A stretch of 50,115 bases of DNA from Chromera velia (taxonomy: Eukaryota), in the NCBI GenBank assembly GCA_018398765.1, contig JAHBMJ010000319.1, positions 1 to 50,115 on the forward strand, read 5' to 3'. The notes beneath the pieces were generated by a model. The model ran no database searches, was not told the DNA's origin, and was given only the letters and a program-made list of their open reading frames with translations. Within the stretch, counting starts at the first letter, position 1. Each line of letters starts with the position of its first letter. The position numbers and the translations under genes are program-made. Below are positions 26,201-38,422 of this stretch, one piece after another.

Positions 26201-26749
26201 CACTGAATAGATTTATATCCCACAGCTAGGTCAAACTGAAATGTCTTTTTCTCTTTCAGCTCCAAAAAGTGTACATACATGAAGCTGATTTTGTTATCCA
26301 TCTCAGCGAATGCGAAAAAGATTTTTTAGGAGACTTGAGATCTTTGATGATCTTTAAAAGTTATTTATCAAGCCTATCGCGCTTTCAAAATTTTAAATTG
26401 AGGTCCTCACCCTATTTATCGATGATACAAAACCACCATTCCCCCACTCCAGATTCGAGGTAAGAGAAGACACACTTGGTCATCCAAAGCTCTTTCCCTT
26501 GAGTTAATTTAAGGAGAATTGATCGCTAAGCAACACCGAGATAAGAAAAGCGCCTCACTAAGATTTGGTCTGCACTTCCATCCTGAAGAGCGTCCGGAAA
26601 ATGTATGACGCATGCCTACTGATTTTCGTAAAATCTAGCAAAATCGGTTAAATGCTACAGACGGAATATCCTACCGACGTCCTCCACTCGAGCGTCTCCA
26701 CCAATCTCCAACAGTGAATTAAGAATCTTTGTCAGACAACAGATGACAA

Positions 26750-26935
26750 CAGTTGCATGGAAGTCTGATCGATCGAGAAATATCGAGAATGCATGCAATG
26801 CATCATTGCAAAACAAAAAGCCCATTTTTCGGCGCAGCCCGCGCGAATGCATGGCCGCGCGCGGGCCCGGCCCGCGAGTGCATGGGTCGCGCGGGCGGCC
26901 CTATAGGGGCGGCCGTGGGCCGCGCCCTTATAGTG
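26750..26935. promoter_or_regulatory. Probable promoter module upstream of SHMT
   Basis: GATCGATC and TGCATGCA motifs plus a GC-rich CGCGCG cluster ~200-380 bp upstream of the ATG at 27134. The same architecture occurs before other genes. Confidence 0.45.
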
Positions 26936-27133
26936 AGCTTGGTTTGGTGCCAGAGTATGGCTTGGATGCGTATGTGTGTACATACTATACTTCTCTCCTT
27001 TGTCTACAGTACTGCAGGGAAGAGTAGTCTGCATGGTCGAGTGTGTATACGACCTCTCAAGATTGGTGCACTTTGCTCGAAGCGCTTGCTCCCTTCCACA
27101 GTCCTTGCCGTCTCCCCAGTCTCTCTCATCACG

Positions 27134-29141
27134 ATGCCGCGCATCCAGCCAGCCTTGGTCCTCTGCACCACCGGCTGCTTCTTCCTCCTCTCCCCTTTGA
27201 ACTCTCTGTCTTCCTCCATCTTCCACAAGCCTCTGTTCATTCTCTCAAGACTCAGAGGCCTCACTCATAAGAGAATTTCAAGTCAGTCGAGAAGACCTGA
27301 GAGGAGACGGGAAAGAACAAAGAACAGTCTCCTGCACAGATTCCCAAGCCCCCTCTCCTTTCTCGAAGAGGATGACAACGAAGTGTTCGCCATTATGGAG
27401 GACGAAAGAAACCGACAGTCCTCAGAAGTATGCCTGATCGCCAGTGAGAACTATGCCTCCCTCAATGTCATGACTGCCCTCGGATCCGAGTTGATGAACA
27501 AGTACTCAGAAGGGCAGCCGGGGGGGAGGTACTACGCAGGGAATGAGAACATCGACAGGTGGGGACTTTACAAATCGCTCGTTTCTTTTTTTTTGGTCAA
27601 GTTTTTTCTGTTGTTTCTTCTTGCTCTTCTACTTCTTCTTCTCCCTCTTCCTCTTCTTCTTCTTATCTCTATTGAAGAAGCTCTTCTGGTCATCTCTTTT
27701 TAGTGCAACTCCCTTTCACCTTGTGTGTGGCTGTCTGCAGACTCGAGAGGCTCTGCCAAGAGAGGGCACTCCGCCTTTTCGGCCTCGACTCGGGAGAGTG
27801 GGGTGTGAACGTGCAGCCCTACTCGGGCAGCCCTGCGAACTTTGCGGTCTACACGGCACTGTTGGAGCCCCACGACCGGGTGATGGGCCTCAGCCTCGAT
27901 TCGGGGGGACATCTAACTCATGGGTTCTATACTGCGAAGAAACGGGTGGGTCGGTCTTGTTCGGCAAAAAACACAAAAGGGAATCTGTTGCCTTCCCTTC
28001 ATTATTTCTTCCTTTCATCGATCTTGACACATTCTTGCTTTCTTTCTCACGAGAAGGAGAGAGAAAGGCCTAACACCTCACCCCCACCCCTTTTCGGATC
28101 ACCATGGACCTTCCTGCTTCACTGCACCCACAGGACCCTCTTGACTCCCTTGCAATTCTGTTTGCCTGACTGCAGGTGAGTGCCACCTCCGTGTACTTCG
28201 AGTCCCTCCCGTATTCAGTTGACCCAAACACGGGCCTTATTGACTACGATGAACTGCAGAGGTACGTTTGTTGTTTTGCGCGTCGGCCCGGTTGATCTTC
28301 GCCTGTTGATGCGTATCAATCTTTCGTATCGCGAATCACGCGGTCGGCCTTTTGATGGCGCTCAATCTCATTCCTGGCACACAACTGTGATGACAACAAG
28401 ATTCGAACGACGCAAAAAGAATCTCAACTCATTCACAAACAGTTCCGCATGAAGTGGGCCGCTTACTGCTCTGCTCTTCATGACAGCATGGGTTAAGTCC
28501 AACGAAGGGCCTCATCAATCAATCACCGTCAGTGGCCTCCCTGTCAATCTGTTCGTGTCCTTCCTTGTGAGATGTTGAAAGAAGGAAACTTCACTCTCTG
28601 ACTCACTCACCCACGATGGAGCTGCCTTCTTCATTTCCCGATGTATAAATGCACTCGATGGATCGAAAATATCCACCGGCAGAATTTTTTCCGCCTTTCC
28701 TTAATTTTCTTCGCACATTCCCCCCCCCCCCTTCCCAACAGGCTAGCCCTTCTATTTAAACCGAAACTCCTAATTGGAGGTGCCTCAGCATACCCTCGTG
28801 AAATTGACTGGGGGAGGCTGAGAGAGATCGCTGACTCTGTTGGAGCATTCCTGCTTGCAGGTCCGTACGTTTCTTTTCTTCCATCTCCTTCTCTGCTTCT
28901 GGGTAGTGTTGAAAAAAGAAAAGGGCCGAGGAAGAACATCTCGCATGGGTCTCTTGATTCTTCCGTTCTCTCTGCGGTTCGCATTTTCCATGTCCATTTG
29001 TTTGTCTTCACAGAAGCGGTAATCCATTTTGCCGGCATGTCTGCACCTCTCTATTTCTTTGCGTGTGTGTGTGTGTGTGTGTCTGTGTCTCTCTCTCTGT
29101 GTGTGTGTGTGTGTGTGTGCGTGCATGCGTGTGTGTATGTG

Positions 29142-29189
<48 letters not shown>

Positions 29190-31731
29190 CGTGTGCGTGT
29201 GTGAATGTGTTCAGATATGGCCCACATCAGCGGTCTGGTTGCTGGGGGGGTTGCGAAGCCTCCCTTTCCGTTTTGTGACGTCGTGACCTCCACAACGCAC
29301 AAAACGTGAGTGGAAATCATGACAAGATTTATGTTTCTAAAACTTCTTGCTAACCTGCGGAACTTGAAGAAGTGGGGAAGAGGGCAAGGCTCAGAAAGTG
29401 CATGAATGAATGAAATGGCTGGCGCGGGTGGGTTCGCTGTGGGTTGATTCCATTTGCATCAAATGATTGGTGGATAGATGCGTTGGGGGGAAACTGCTTA
29501 GGATGTATCTCAGTGGGCGTGTCTGTGCCTCAGTAGTCGTGTGGCGGAGGAAGGGGGGCAGCTATTCGACTTCCGCAGCATCCGTCTTGCTTTCTTATTG
29601 TCTGGATGGATGTTGTCATTCAATTCAACCGCTCTTCAATTCCCTGCAGATTGAGAGGTCCCCGTTCTGGCATCATCTTCATGAGAAAGGACCTGGAGAC
29701 GAGGATTAATGAGGCCGTCTTTCCGGGGTTGCAGGTCAGAAACAAATAGATAAATAACTTAGAGGAGAGAACGCGAAATGAAGTGCGGGCATGGGATGAT
29801 TTTTCTCATTCCCTGGCTGGTGTAGGTGCAGATGGAGGACAGCATCAGTTGGTCGTTGTCCGGAGAAAAAGCGTATTTTTTCGAAAATGCAACTGGCTTG
29901 TTTCCGCTTTGTTGGTTCCTCTTTTCTTCCACCTACTCTGTGTGTGTCACTCGATGTCCCTCCCCCTTGTTTTTCGTCTTCTCTGTGTACGTTGATCGCG
30001 ATATCTACGCCCAGGGGGGGCCCCACAACGAAAAAATTGGAGCGTTGGCGGTCGCCCTCAGAGAGGCAGACTCTGAAGGATTTCGGGAGTACGCACAAAA
30101 GGTGAGGGGGAATTCGGGGGGTCGGATTGACTGGCTTTGTAAGGGGGAATGGCTGTGGCTTCCGTCAGACCCATTGGAGAGCGCGACCGCGGAAAAGGGG
30201 TGGTGTGCCAGAAAGAGAAAATTCTCAAGTCTGTGTTCCCAGAGGTTGCACCACGCCCAAACGGTCATCTAGCAGTCCTTTATCTTTTATCTTGTCTCTC
30301 GGCATCGGTCTCCCTAGCTCCTTCTTGCGCGCGCGCGCGCGCGCATGTGTGTGTGTGTGTGTGCTCTCTTTCTGAAAGCTTCCACGGATATATTTTTTTC
30401 CTGATGGTTGCAGGTTGTGGCGAATGCACAAGCGCTTGCACGGAGGCTGGTAGAAGTTCATGGTTGCTCTCTGAGTACTGGAGGGACAGACAATCATTTG
30501 GTGTGTCCGCATGAGTGGCGGTCCATTACAGTCACTTGGTTCCTGTCCGGTTTGCCCTTTCCCCCCCTATTTTTCGTTCTCTCTCTCATCGTGCTGGACG
30601 TTTCCGTAAGCACGAGTCCCGCCTCTGTCTCAGCATGCGTGTTTTTTTATGGGTCTTTGCGCGTGCGAGTATGCGCTTGTCCAAGGAAGAAGCAAGCCTT
30701 CTCTCTGATGGACTTCGCATCCTTGATTCCCTCCCAGGTCCTCTGGGATGTTCGCAAGGAAGGTCTGACCGGATCGAAAGTCGAAAAGGTCCTGGAACGG
30801 TGTGGACTCATCGGTCGGTCTGTCGGTCTGTCGGTCAGGACCCGGATGGCTTGCTTTCGGGGTTGTTCTTTTTCTTCTTTCACCCTTTTCGTTTCCTTCC
30901 CTTCGGTGTCTTGAGCTCGTTCTAGCTTTGACACAGGGTACGTACCGTCTCTTTGATGGTACTGGTCGTGCGTCTGCCTCTTTTTCCCTCCATGAATTAA
31001 GTACGAGCAAGGTCAGTACGAGCCAGTGAACAAACAGATGACATTCATTGCCCTTGCAACCGTAATTGGAAACTTTGAGGCTGATCGGCTTGTGTCCGTA
31101 CCCTTCTTTGCTGGTCTGTGTTCTTTTCATCTCGTGGCTTTCCCTTTGTTTGAATTCACTTTGTGTCACCTCTCATTCCCCTACTTGCTCCCATCCTGCC
31201 ATCACTCGACAGTCAGAGGCGCTCAACAAGATATTCATACAAGGAAAGAGGCTTCCTGCGCATTCATGCACTAGTCTGAGTTCCAAGTCTCACTTGCCTG
31301 TGTGTTCATCTCTTTTCGTAATTTGCTTGGTTGGTCTTGCAGCCAACAAGAACACGGTGGCAGGTGACAAGTCTGCCGCCTCCCCTGGGGGTATCCGGTT
31401 GGGGACACCGGCCATGACGACGCGGGGATTCGGTGCGGCGGAGTTCGAGTGGGTGGGGGACCTCCTTGTGGAGGGTTTGGGGATTGCACAGAAGGCGCAG
31501 GACGCTTGTAGAGAGAGAAACGGAGAGGGATCTTCAGGTGTTGTGAAGCTTCGTGAGTTTGTGGAAGTGCTTGAAGATCCTTCTTTGGAGTTCAGAGAGC
31601 AGTGTGAGGAAGTCAGGAGACGGGTGCGGGAGACGGTTGAGAAGTTTCCCCTCCCGTCTGTTCACAAAAGACGAGAAGTGCAGTGTTTGCAACAAAAGGC
31701 AGCAGCGGAAGCGCCGCAGCAACCAAGCTGA
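27134..31731 (+). CDS. SHMT: Serine hydroxymethyltransferase, ~549 aa, 10 exons: 27134-27558, 27741-27945, 28176-28261, 28742-28860, 29215-29305, 29650-29734, 30015-30101, 30414-30500, 30738-30813, 31343-31731
   Basis: Motifs [62 protein letters not shown] (PLP lysine), VFPGLQGGPHN, GGTDNHL, NKNTV and [17 protein letters not shown] introns; exons sum to 1650 nt. Confidence 0.97.
29061..29203. repeat. Compound (TG)n/(TC)n/(TA)n microsatellite in SHMT intron 4
   Basis: Direct reading of the sequence. Confidence 0.95.
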
Positions 31732-32519
31732 GCGTCAACCGGAAGCCAGGATTAGTAGTCGGAGTGATGGCGGGGGCCGCGGGGATGAACATGAGTTTTT
31801 AACATTTCTTTTGAAACTCAGAAGAAGTTTTCAACTATAAATACACTTCAATAGTGTTTGTCATTAAAATTATCAATCAAAAAGGGAAGCGAGGTTCTTA
31901 ATCCAAAACGATTTTTTTTGTAGTATATGAAATCCTTTTTATAAAAGCAGTATCTGAAATATCATATCATACCAGAGTAGGCAGTTTCACAGATGTGGCT
32001 ACTTTAATAATCATTGTCATTAATCAATTTTATGCAAATCTTCGATCGGCGCTATATGTAGTTTTATGCAGTTTTTGATGAAGAGTTATGGAGAGTTTAT
32101 TTATTCTCTGTAATTATATATATTTTAAGGTAGATTTAGGTATAAAATGTTTTTTTAAAGGAGCAATTCCAGGTTTGTGGTTAGCTAGATTAGTAAATCT
32201 TGGTGCTTTTCAAAGTTGTTTGTTTAAACAGTTAGAAATTGGAAAGTGTTAAAGTGTACTAAGGGGAGGGGCGGTTTAAATAAGAAGTTTCAAATATTCA
32301 TCTTTTTTTGATGATTTAAAAATTTTTATGAGAAATTAAGACACTCTGAAAAGTACAGAGTAGTACAGAGTCAGTAGAAGGAAAGCTCAGAGCGATCTCC
32401 AGTGGTCAGTTTTAGAAGACAATCTTCGACTGTCCCTTCGACTGTCCCCCATTGCCGGTCCCTCTACACTAATATGAGTAATATACACATAAAACTAAAA
32501 AAATAAATATGAGTCTGTA

Positions 32520-32770
32520 GGCTGGGCCCGACCTGGCTGGGCGTCGGGGATCGACTTTGGGGGGGAAATTTCGGGCCTTGCCATGCAAACGCTTGTCAAA
32601 GATCCGCGCGCGGACCGAGCGCGCGGATCGATGCAATTAAGGAACGAAGGATGGACGGATGCATGCCTTTCTGTGCATGCATGCATGGAAATACATGGAA
32701 AGACGGACACACGCGCATGAAAGCGTGAACGCATGACAAAACATCTTGCTTCGATCGCACTGCATGTGAG
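32520..32770. promoter_or_regulatory. Probable promoter module upstream of the kinase gene
   Basis: GATCCGCGCGC..GCGCGCGGATC inverted repeat (32601-32629) and TGCATGCATGCATG at the edge of an AT-rich spacer. Confidence 0.45.
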
Positions 32771-32933
32771 AAAACGAAGAAGAGAAGAGGAACCTTTGCA
32801 CTTGCGTAGCCGCATTGACTGTGGATTGGGAAGATCTCAAGATCGAGATTGACTGTGTGCTGCCACGAAAGTTTGCTCTGCTCGATCACAGCATCAACGC
32901 CACCGCACGATTCCCTCACAACTCTCTACCGGA

Positions 32934-33453
32934 ATGTCGTTCTCAAAAGTTCTCCTCGGCGCATTTGCCGGAGGCTTCGTCCTCACCACCGCCACTCACA
33001 ACTTCCTGGGATCACGTTCCAGTGCGCTCGTGCCCTACGGTGTGTCCCAAGCAGAGGCCTCTGAGCTCGACTCGATGCCCGTGCTGCTGGAGAGGATGTC
33101 TGCCAGTGGGAACCCTCAACAGTGTTCCGGCAAATACCTCGAGGGCCTCGACATGGGCGACTGGAAAGCGGAACAATACTTGGGGGGTGGCATGTTCGGC
33201 AAAGTGTACAAGGCGAAAATCAAGAAGAGCTCACGACCGAAAGATGACAACACGGGAATAGACTGCGGATACCTCGGCAAATGGGGTCGGTCAGTCAGTG
33301 TAGCCATCGATCGATCGAGCGCGTGCATGCATGTCAGCCAGGCAAGGTGCACGGGAAAATAGAGTTTCGAAGGTGGATTCCATGTATGCGTGCTCCTGTG
33401 TGCGGCAGCTGCTTTCTGACTCTGCATGGCTAACTTCTGCACTTCAGACTTCA

Positions 33454-33490
<37 letters not shown>

Positions 33491-34389
33491 ATGTCAGGTT
33501 GACTTTGCCAGTTTCATGCGATCATCCACTTACCCCCTCTGCGTTTCTCACCCCCCTTGATGCTTGTCTACCTGCCCTTGATGCTTGTCTACCTGCAGGC
33601 CGTTCGAAGGTGATGAAGGAATACTTCGCTGTGAAAGTCATGCCCTACCGCACTGGCTCGCATACCTCTAACGGGTACAGCGAGGCAATGCAAGAGGAGG
33701 AGAGGATTCAATATTTCATGACGGAAAGGCACGTTTGCTCGGGTACCGACCGTTGTGAATGTTTCCCTTCTACGGTGCCTCTTTGGTGGGAGTTCGTGAC
33801 CGACAGCCTCGAACTCAGCTTCGTTGATCCGGAAGGTAATTTTAACACCGCCAAGAAACAAGCCTGGATAAGCGGCTGGCATGCCGTCAACGGCAAGGCC
33901 CCGGCAGTCGTGATGATCCAGCAGCTCCAGAAGGGTACGGTCAGTCGATTGGTCGGGCCGTACATAATGAATGCATGCAGGTGTGCCTCCCTTCCGACCT
34001 GTATTGATTCTCTCTACGGCCAGTGCATATATGGACGTTGGAAGAGACTCAGTACGCTGGAAGAAAAACTTTTGTCCCCGGTCACGTCTGACTTCCTTTA
34101 TTCGTGCTTCATGTATGCAGCTGCACGGTTACTGGAAGAGCACGAATCTGGTCGACGATCCCAACAGCACCGGCGAGAAGAAAGCGAAAACGAAGGCTGG
34201 GAAGGCCGCCCTGTTCATGCTCTCCTTCATCATGAACAACCTTCTGTACTGGGACATCAACCACGGAGACGGTCATTGGGATAACCTGATGGTCATGCAC
34301 TTCGCCAACGATGTGGACCCCTGTGATCCCAAATCCAGCGGCCAAAACACCTGCTCGGTCTGGTGTTTCAAGTTCCAGGTCAGTCTATC

Positions 34390-34422
<33 letters not shown>

Positions 34423-34945
34423 TGATCTATGCATCTGTGTGTGTTTGCCGTTGGATGGATGGACGGACGGATGGATGGATGGATGGGTGGATGGATGGAT
34501 GGGTGGATGGGTGGATGGATGGATGCAGGACATGGAGTACGAAAAGGACGAAAACAACGAGGTCAACCTGAACGTGCTTGTCCCGGTCGAGAACGAAAAA
34601 TGCATCAAGGCGAACCAGATGCAAAACTTCATGCTTCGCCTCGGTGACTACGGTGCCGCAAAAGTCGAGAGTTCCAACGCGCGCAACGGCAACTTGCAAG
34701 ACTCCAACAAAAAATACGGGTACTCGGGTAAACTCGGCGACATCTACAGGCCCGCGGGGTCGTGCGAAGACTACAAGGCGTTGAACAAGCTGTGCGAGTC
34801 GTTGGGGTTTGACGACTGTCCTGACTTTACCCCAAACTCTGACAGAAATGACAACATGAAGGCCTATTTGTCCGACTATTTCGATGAGATCATCGTCGAC
34901 CGACCCACCGACGGGACTGGGATCTGTGACTTCGGCCACAATTAA
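32934..34945 (+). CDS. Atypical protein kinase-fold protein with N-terminal hydrophobic leader, ~455 aa; join(32934..33285,33599..33939,34121..34378,34529..34945)
   Basis: Gly-loop [16 protein letters not shown] lysine, alphaC-like EEERIQ, catalytic loop HGDGHWDN and LGDYG. GT-AG introns; exons sum to 1368 nt. Confidence 0.85.
34390..34525. repeat. (CAGA)n and (GGAT)n tetranucleotide microsatellites in kinase intron 3
   Basis: Direct reading; the intron is in frame and stop-free, so the ORF track reads through it. Confidence 0.95.
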
Positions 34946-37336
34946 ACGCTTCATTGAACGTTGGTTTTCATGCTCGAGAGTCCAAACAAACAAAAAGAAA
35001 GAAAGAAAAACGAACATCTTGACCGACGCATGCGGCCCCAAATTTGATCTGTTGAATGAATGGATGGATGGTTTTCCTTCCCGCTGCCACTGGCCGGTTT
35101 TTTGTCAACCTTTCTGATTTTGATTGACTACTTGTTCACCTTACTGTTCAATCAAGCAAAAACAAAAAGAAAGATGACCGCCTCATCCGATATGCGTGCG
35201 ATCAAAGATGTGACTGAAACTCGTGAGACTAAAAGAACCGCAAAAGAAACAAGTCAGAGAAGTCTCTCTCCTCGAAACACGTGTGTGCCCTCAAATCCGA
35301 ATACGAACAGAAAGCATGATCGATAACAGACAACAGTGCATGAATGAATAAGCGAAACAGGCAGACAACGCGCGCAATGCATGCACATGATGCTGCTGCT
35401 GGGAAAAGAAGTCCACACAGAAGAATTGGGGACTTTTTTCAGACGGTCAAGAGAGAACCACCGTTTGATTCAATGCACCAGAATATGCATGCACAGAGGA
35501 TCACAGAGGCGCCTTTGTACCAGAATATGCAAAAAGGAAATCACGTTTGTACAACGGTAAAGATGCTTGAACGTGCGTTCTCGGAGAGCCTGCTGTTCCG
35601 TCGGTGCGTCTCCGTGAGTTCATGCAGAATTACGGCCATGCAATCGCATGATCGAAGGACTCCCTGTTGGGAGGGGGACAAAAAAAGGATTAATTGAAAC
35701 TCTTCACAGAAGAGAAGCAGAAAACAGTTCAAGGACGGCAAGTAGAAAAGAACGTGATGAATGGTATAAAGGAGGATTCAATGGAGAAGCGAAAACCACA
35801 TAAACGCCCACTTGCAAGTAAAACTATGCAAACGCAACCTGCTCGTCGTAAGAAAAGGGAAAAGCGAGGAGAAGAAAGGGCACTGTAAAACAATGGCAAG
35901 AAAAAGAAGCGCAGGGAAAAGAAGTTGGTGAGACCTTTCTGCTTGTCTGAAAGAATCACGGAAGACTCGGAATTCAGACCGTGTTGAACATAAATAATTA
36001 ATGTAAGACCGTCACGGTGTTTGAGAGTACAAAAGCGTCAGACGAGTTTCATACCATCGAATCGTTGAGCAAACGCAACCGCTTTCTGAAAATGCACTCC
36101 TTATTCTGACTCATTCAACGCATGGTACTCGAGCAAACGTTTGATCTGTGCCCTCAATTCATGTTACGAATCATGTATTACTAAGATATCAGTGATACTG
36201 TTAGACCATATATAAGAACTTTAATAATTAGGATCGAAGGGCTCACCGGCGTTGAAACCATCTCAATTATAGACTAAAGAACCAAATAAATTCAATTTAA
36301 TTTAAAGTGTGACCTAAGGTACCCTGCAGCTAGCTAGGATTCTACAGGGTTTTAAGCTAGGATTTTAGGGGTTTCAGCTAGAAGATTGCCTAAAAATTTA
36401 CCGGGGTTCAAAATTTTACCTAGAATTTACTGTCTTAAAAAACTTAGTTGTCAAACTTTTCAATATATCTATTTATACCTATAACCGAAAGCAAAATTTT
36501 AGTGATATATCCCAATTGAATTTTGAATATATTTAGATGTATATTAGAAACTGTCTTGTAAGTGAAGTTTTTTTCGGTTTTGGCGGAATGAATTGAGTGT
36601 GTCAAATTAAGACTCAAAGAGTCAGAGTAACAGGAAAAAATGTTGATAAAAATTCTAGTAAAAATTCTAGCTAGTCTAAACTATACTTTGAGAAAACTAA
36701 TCTACACCGTGACAGTCATGGGTATTCATTGACTACTCTTCAAGTTTTATTTATCTAGAAAATTCTGGACCGAAGTCTTGGCGAAATCAAGCGAATTTCC
36801 CTAAAATTTATTTACGCAAAGTTTTGCAAATTATGAATATGTTTTAAACAGCATTCAGAAGCATGAAAAGGACGTCAACTTACACAAAAAAAAAATAAAA
36901 TGCAAGCCTAAACAATAGATAATAATCGGGCATCATGGAAGAGGGTGTGCTGGAGAAATGTTGCATGTAGGATAGCCTGGATAGGCAGACAGGAAAAAAA
37001 AAGTTGGGATCGAAAGTTGTTTGTCATAGTGTTTGTCCAGGCTACCAAGCGGCCGCATCGCCGGAAACTCTGACGCAGATCAAGTGAGCACTCATCCATA
37101 CAGGGTGAACAATTGGCAAGCTAGAGGACAGATGAGGACAGCCTGGGTGGATCACTGAGAGACATCCAATGGAAGGAAAGAAGAGCTGATCTCAGCACCT
37201 CGCTGCACTGTGTGAGCATGTGAGCCTAATGTGAAGTCTCAGTGTGTGGCATGCTCTAGGGCAGGCTTTCTGCTGGGCTTGCCATGCCGCTGTCTGTTGT
37301 GCATGGAACTTGCATTCAAGTGGCAGTCCGTCCACC

Positions 37337-38068
37337 TCACTCTTCGCCTTCCTCCTCCTCACCATCCTCATCCTCCTCGTCTTCCGGAGCTGCGAGGTCC
37401 ATCAGCTCGCCGAAGAGCTTTTTCGACATTTCATCTCCGCAGACTCCTTTTCCAACCAGAGCCTTGCTCGCCTTCAGACACACAGTGACGCACACGATCC
37501 TTGCAAGCATCCCGGGGGACATCTGACGCGCCGGGATCTTCAGCTGCCTGGCCCACTCCTTTGCCTCCTTCACATCGTCAAAACCGGTTGCCTCGTCTTC
37601 GATGCCGAAGGGATCGTCGTGGCGGTCGATGTCTTCAAACGGACCTTGTCCAAGAAAAGCAAGATCGAATTCCCCTTTGCAGTAGCCTTCGTCGTCCTCA
37701 TTGCGCAGAGTAAAAGTGAAGTTCTGTCCAACGACAGAGAACTCCACCTCCACTGTGTCCTCGGACATATTCCAGGACACATCTTGGTTGCTTATGTATT
37801 CCTTCGCACTTTTGACTTCCACTGCTCCCACTATCTTGCGGAGAAGCACTAGCTCTACCGCCTCGAATCGCTCTCTGAGCTCTGCACAGATCTCTTCAAC
37901 TTTTGGGTCCTCTCCCTCCTCCCGCGCCCTCTTTTCAACTTCCTCAAGAAGCTGACGGAGTTTTTTGGCGGTCCGGCCTAGGGTGCCCTTTGGAATGCTA
38001 GCTGCGACTGTGCTGGCATCCTTATTGAGGACAGTGTCCAGCTCTGCGGATTGCCGTTTGGGGGCCAT
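37337..38068 (-). CDS. Intronless hypothetical protein, paralog A (243 aa, MAPKRQSAEL..., acidic tail)
   Basis: Open frame from the ATG at 38068. Colinear with paralog B, with a codon-conserving substitution pattern. Confidence 0.85.
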   Translation of the reverse strand: MAPKRQSAELDTVLNKDASTVAASIPKGTLGRTAKKLRQLLEEVEKRAREEGEDPKVEEICAELRERFEAVELVLLRKIVGAVEVKSAKEYISNQDVSWNMSEDTVEVEFSVVGQNFTFTLRNEDDEGYCKGEFDLAFLGQGPFEDIDRHDDPFGIEDEATGFDDVKEAKEWARQLKIPARQMSPGMLARIVCVTVCLKASKALVGKGVCGDEMSKKLFGELMDLAAPEDEEDEDGEEEEGEE

Positions 38069-38422
38069 GATCCTTTCAAATTGGTCAGTATTACGGATCT
38101 GAATATCCGGGTTGCACTGTTGCAGCGCACAACGGAACAAAAAAGATGATTCGATGAGCGCCCACGTCAATTCAATGATTTTGGAGGTCAAGAGGCAGTA
38201 CACAGTCATATGTGCATGCAAATAGTGCGACAAACAACGCAGATGGCTCGAAATTCGAGAATTTCGAGTCCCACCTTGTCTCTCCTTGACTTTGAGTGTC
38301 GATCGGCGTGCATGCACCACATGCACATTGAAGCTTGGCTTAAGTGCATGCAACTGTGCAACATGCGTGTAACAGTGAACTGTATGTATATACTGTATAT
38401 TTCACATACTTTGTTCACCGGA

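Noticed and set aside
26753..27133. 127-aa N-terminal extension of the SHMT ORF in the ORF track
   Set aside because: Starts at a non-ATG codon and runs through the GC-rich promoter module. The ATG at 27134 gives a coherent targeting leader.
33554..33595. 21-bp tandem duplication next to the kinase intron 1 acceptor
   Set aside because: Simple slippage duplication; only the second copy is followed by AG, so splicing is unaffected.
37244..37852. 202-aa plus-strand ORF, and the similar 252-aa ORF at 44058-44816
   Set aside because: Antisense shadows of paralogs A and B. Their similarity follows from the minus-strand genes, which have matching ATG starts and more protein-like composition.
38069..38353. 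95-aa upstream extension of paralog A
   Set aside because: No counterpart in paralog B and it crosses TGCATG promoter-like motifs. The homologous start is MAPKR.
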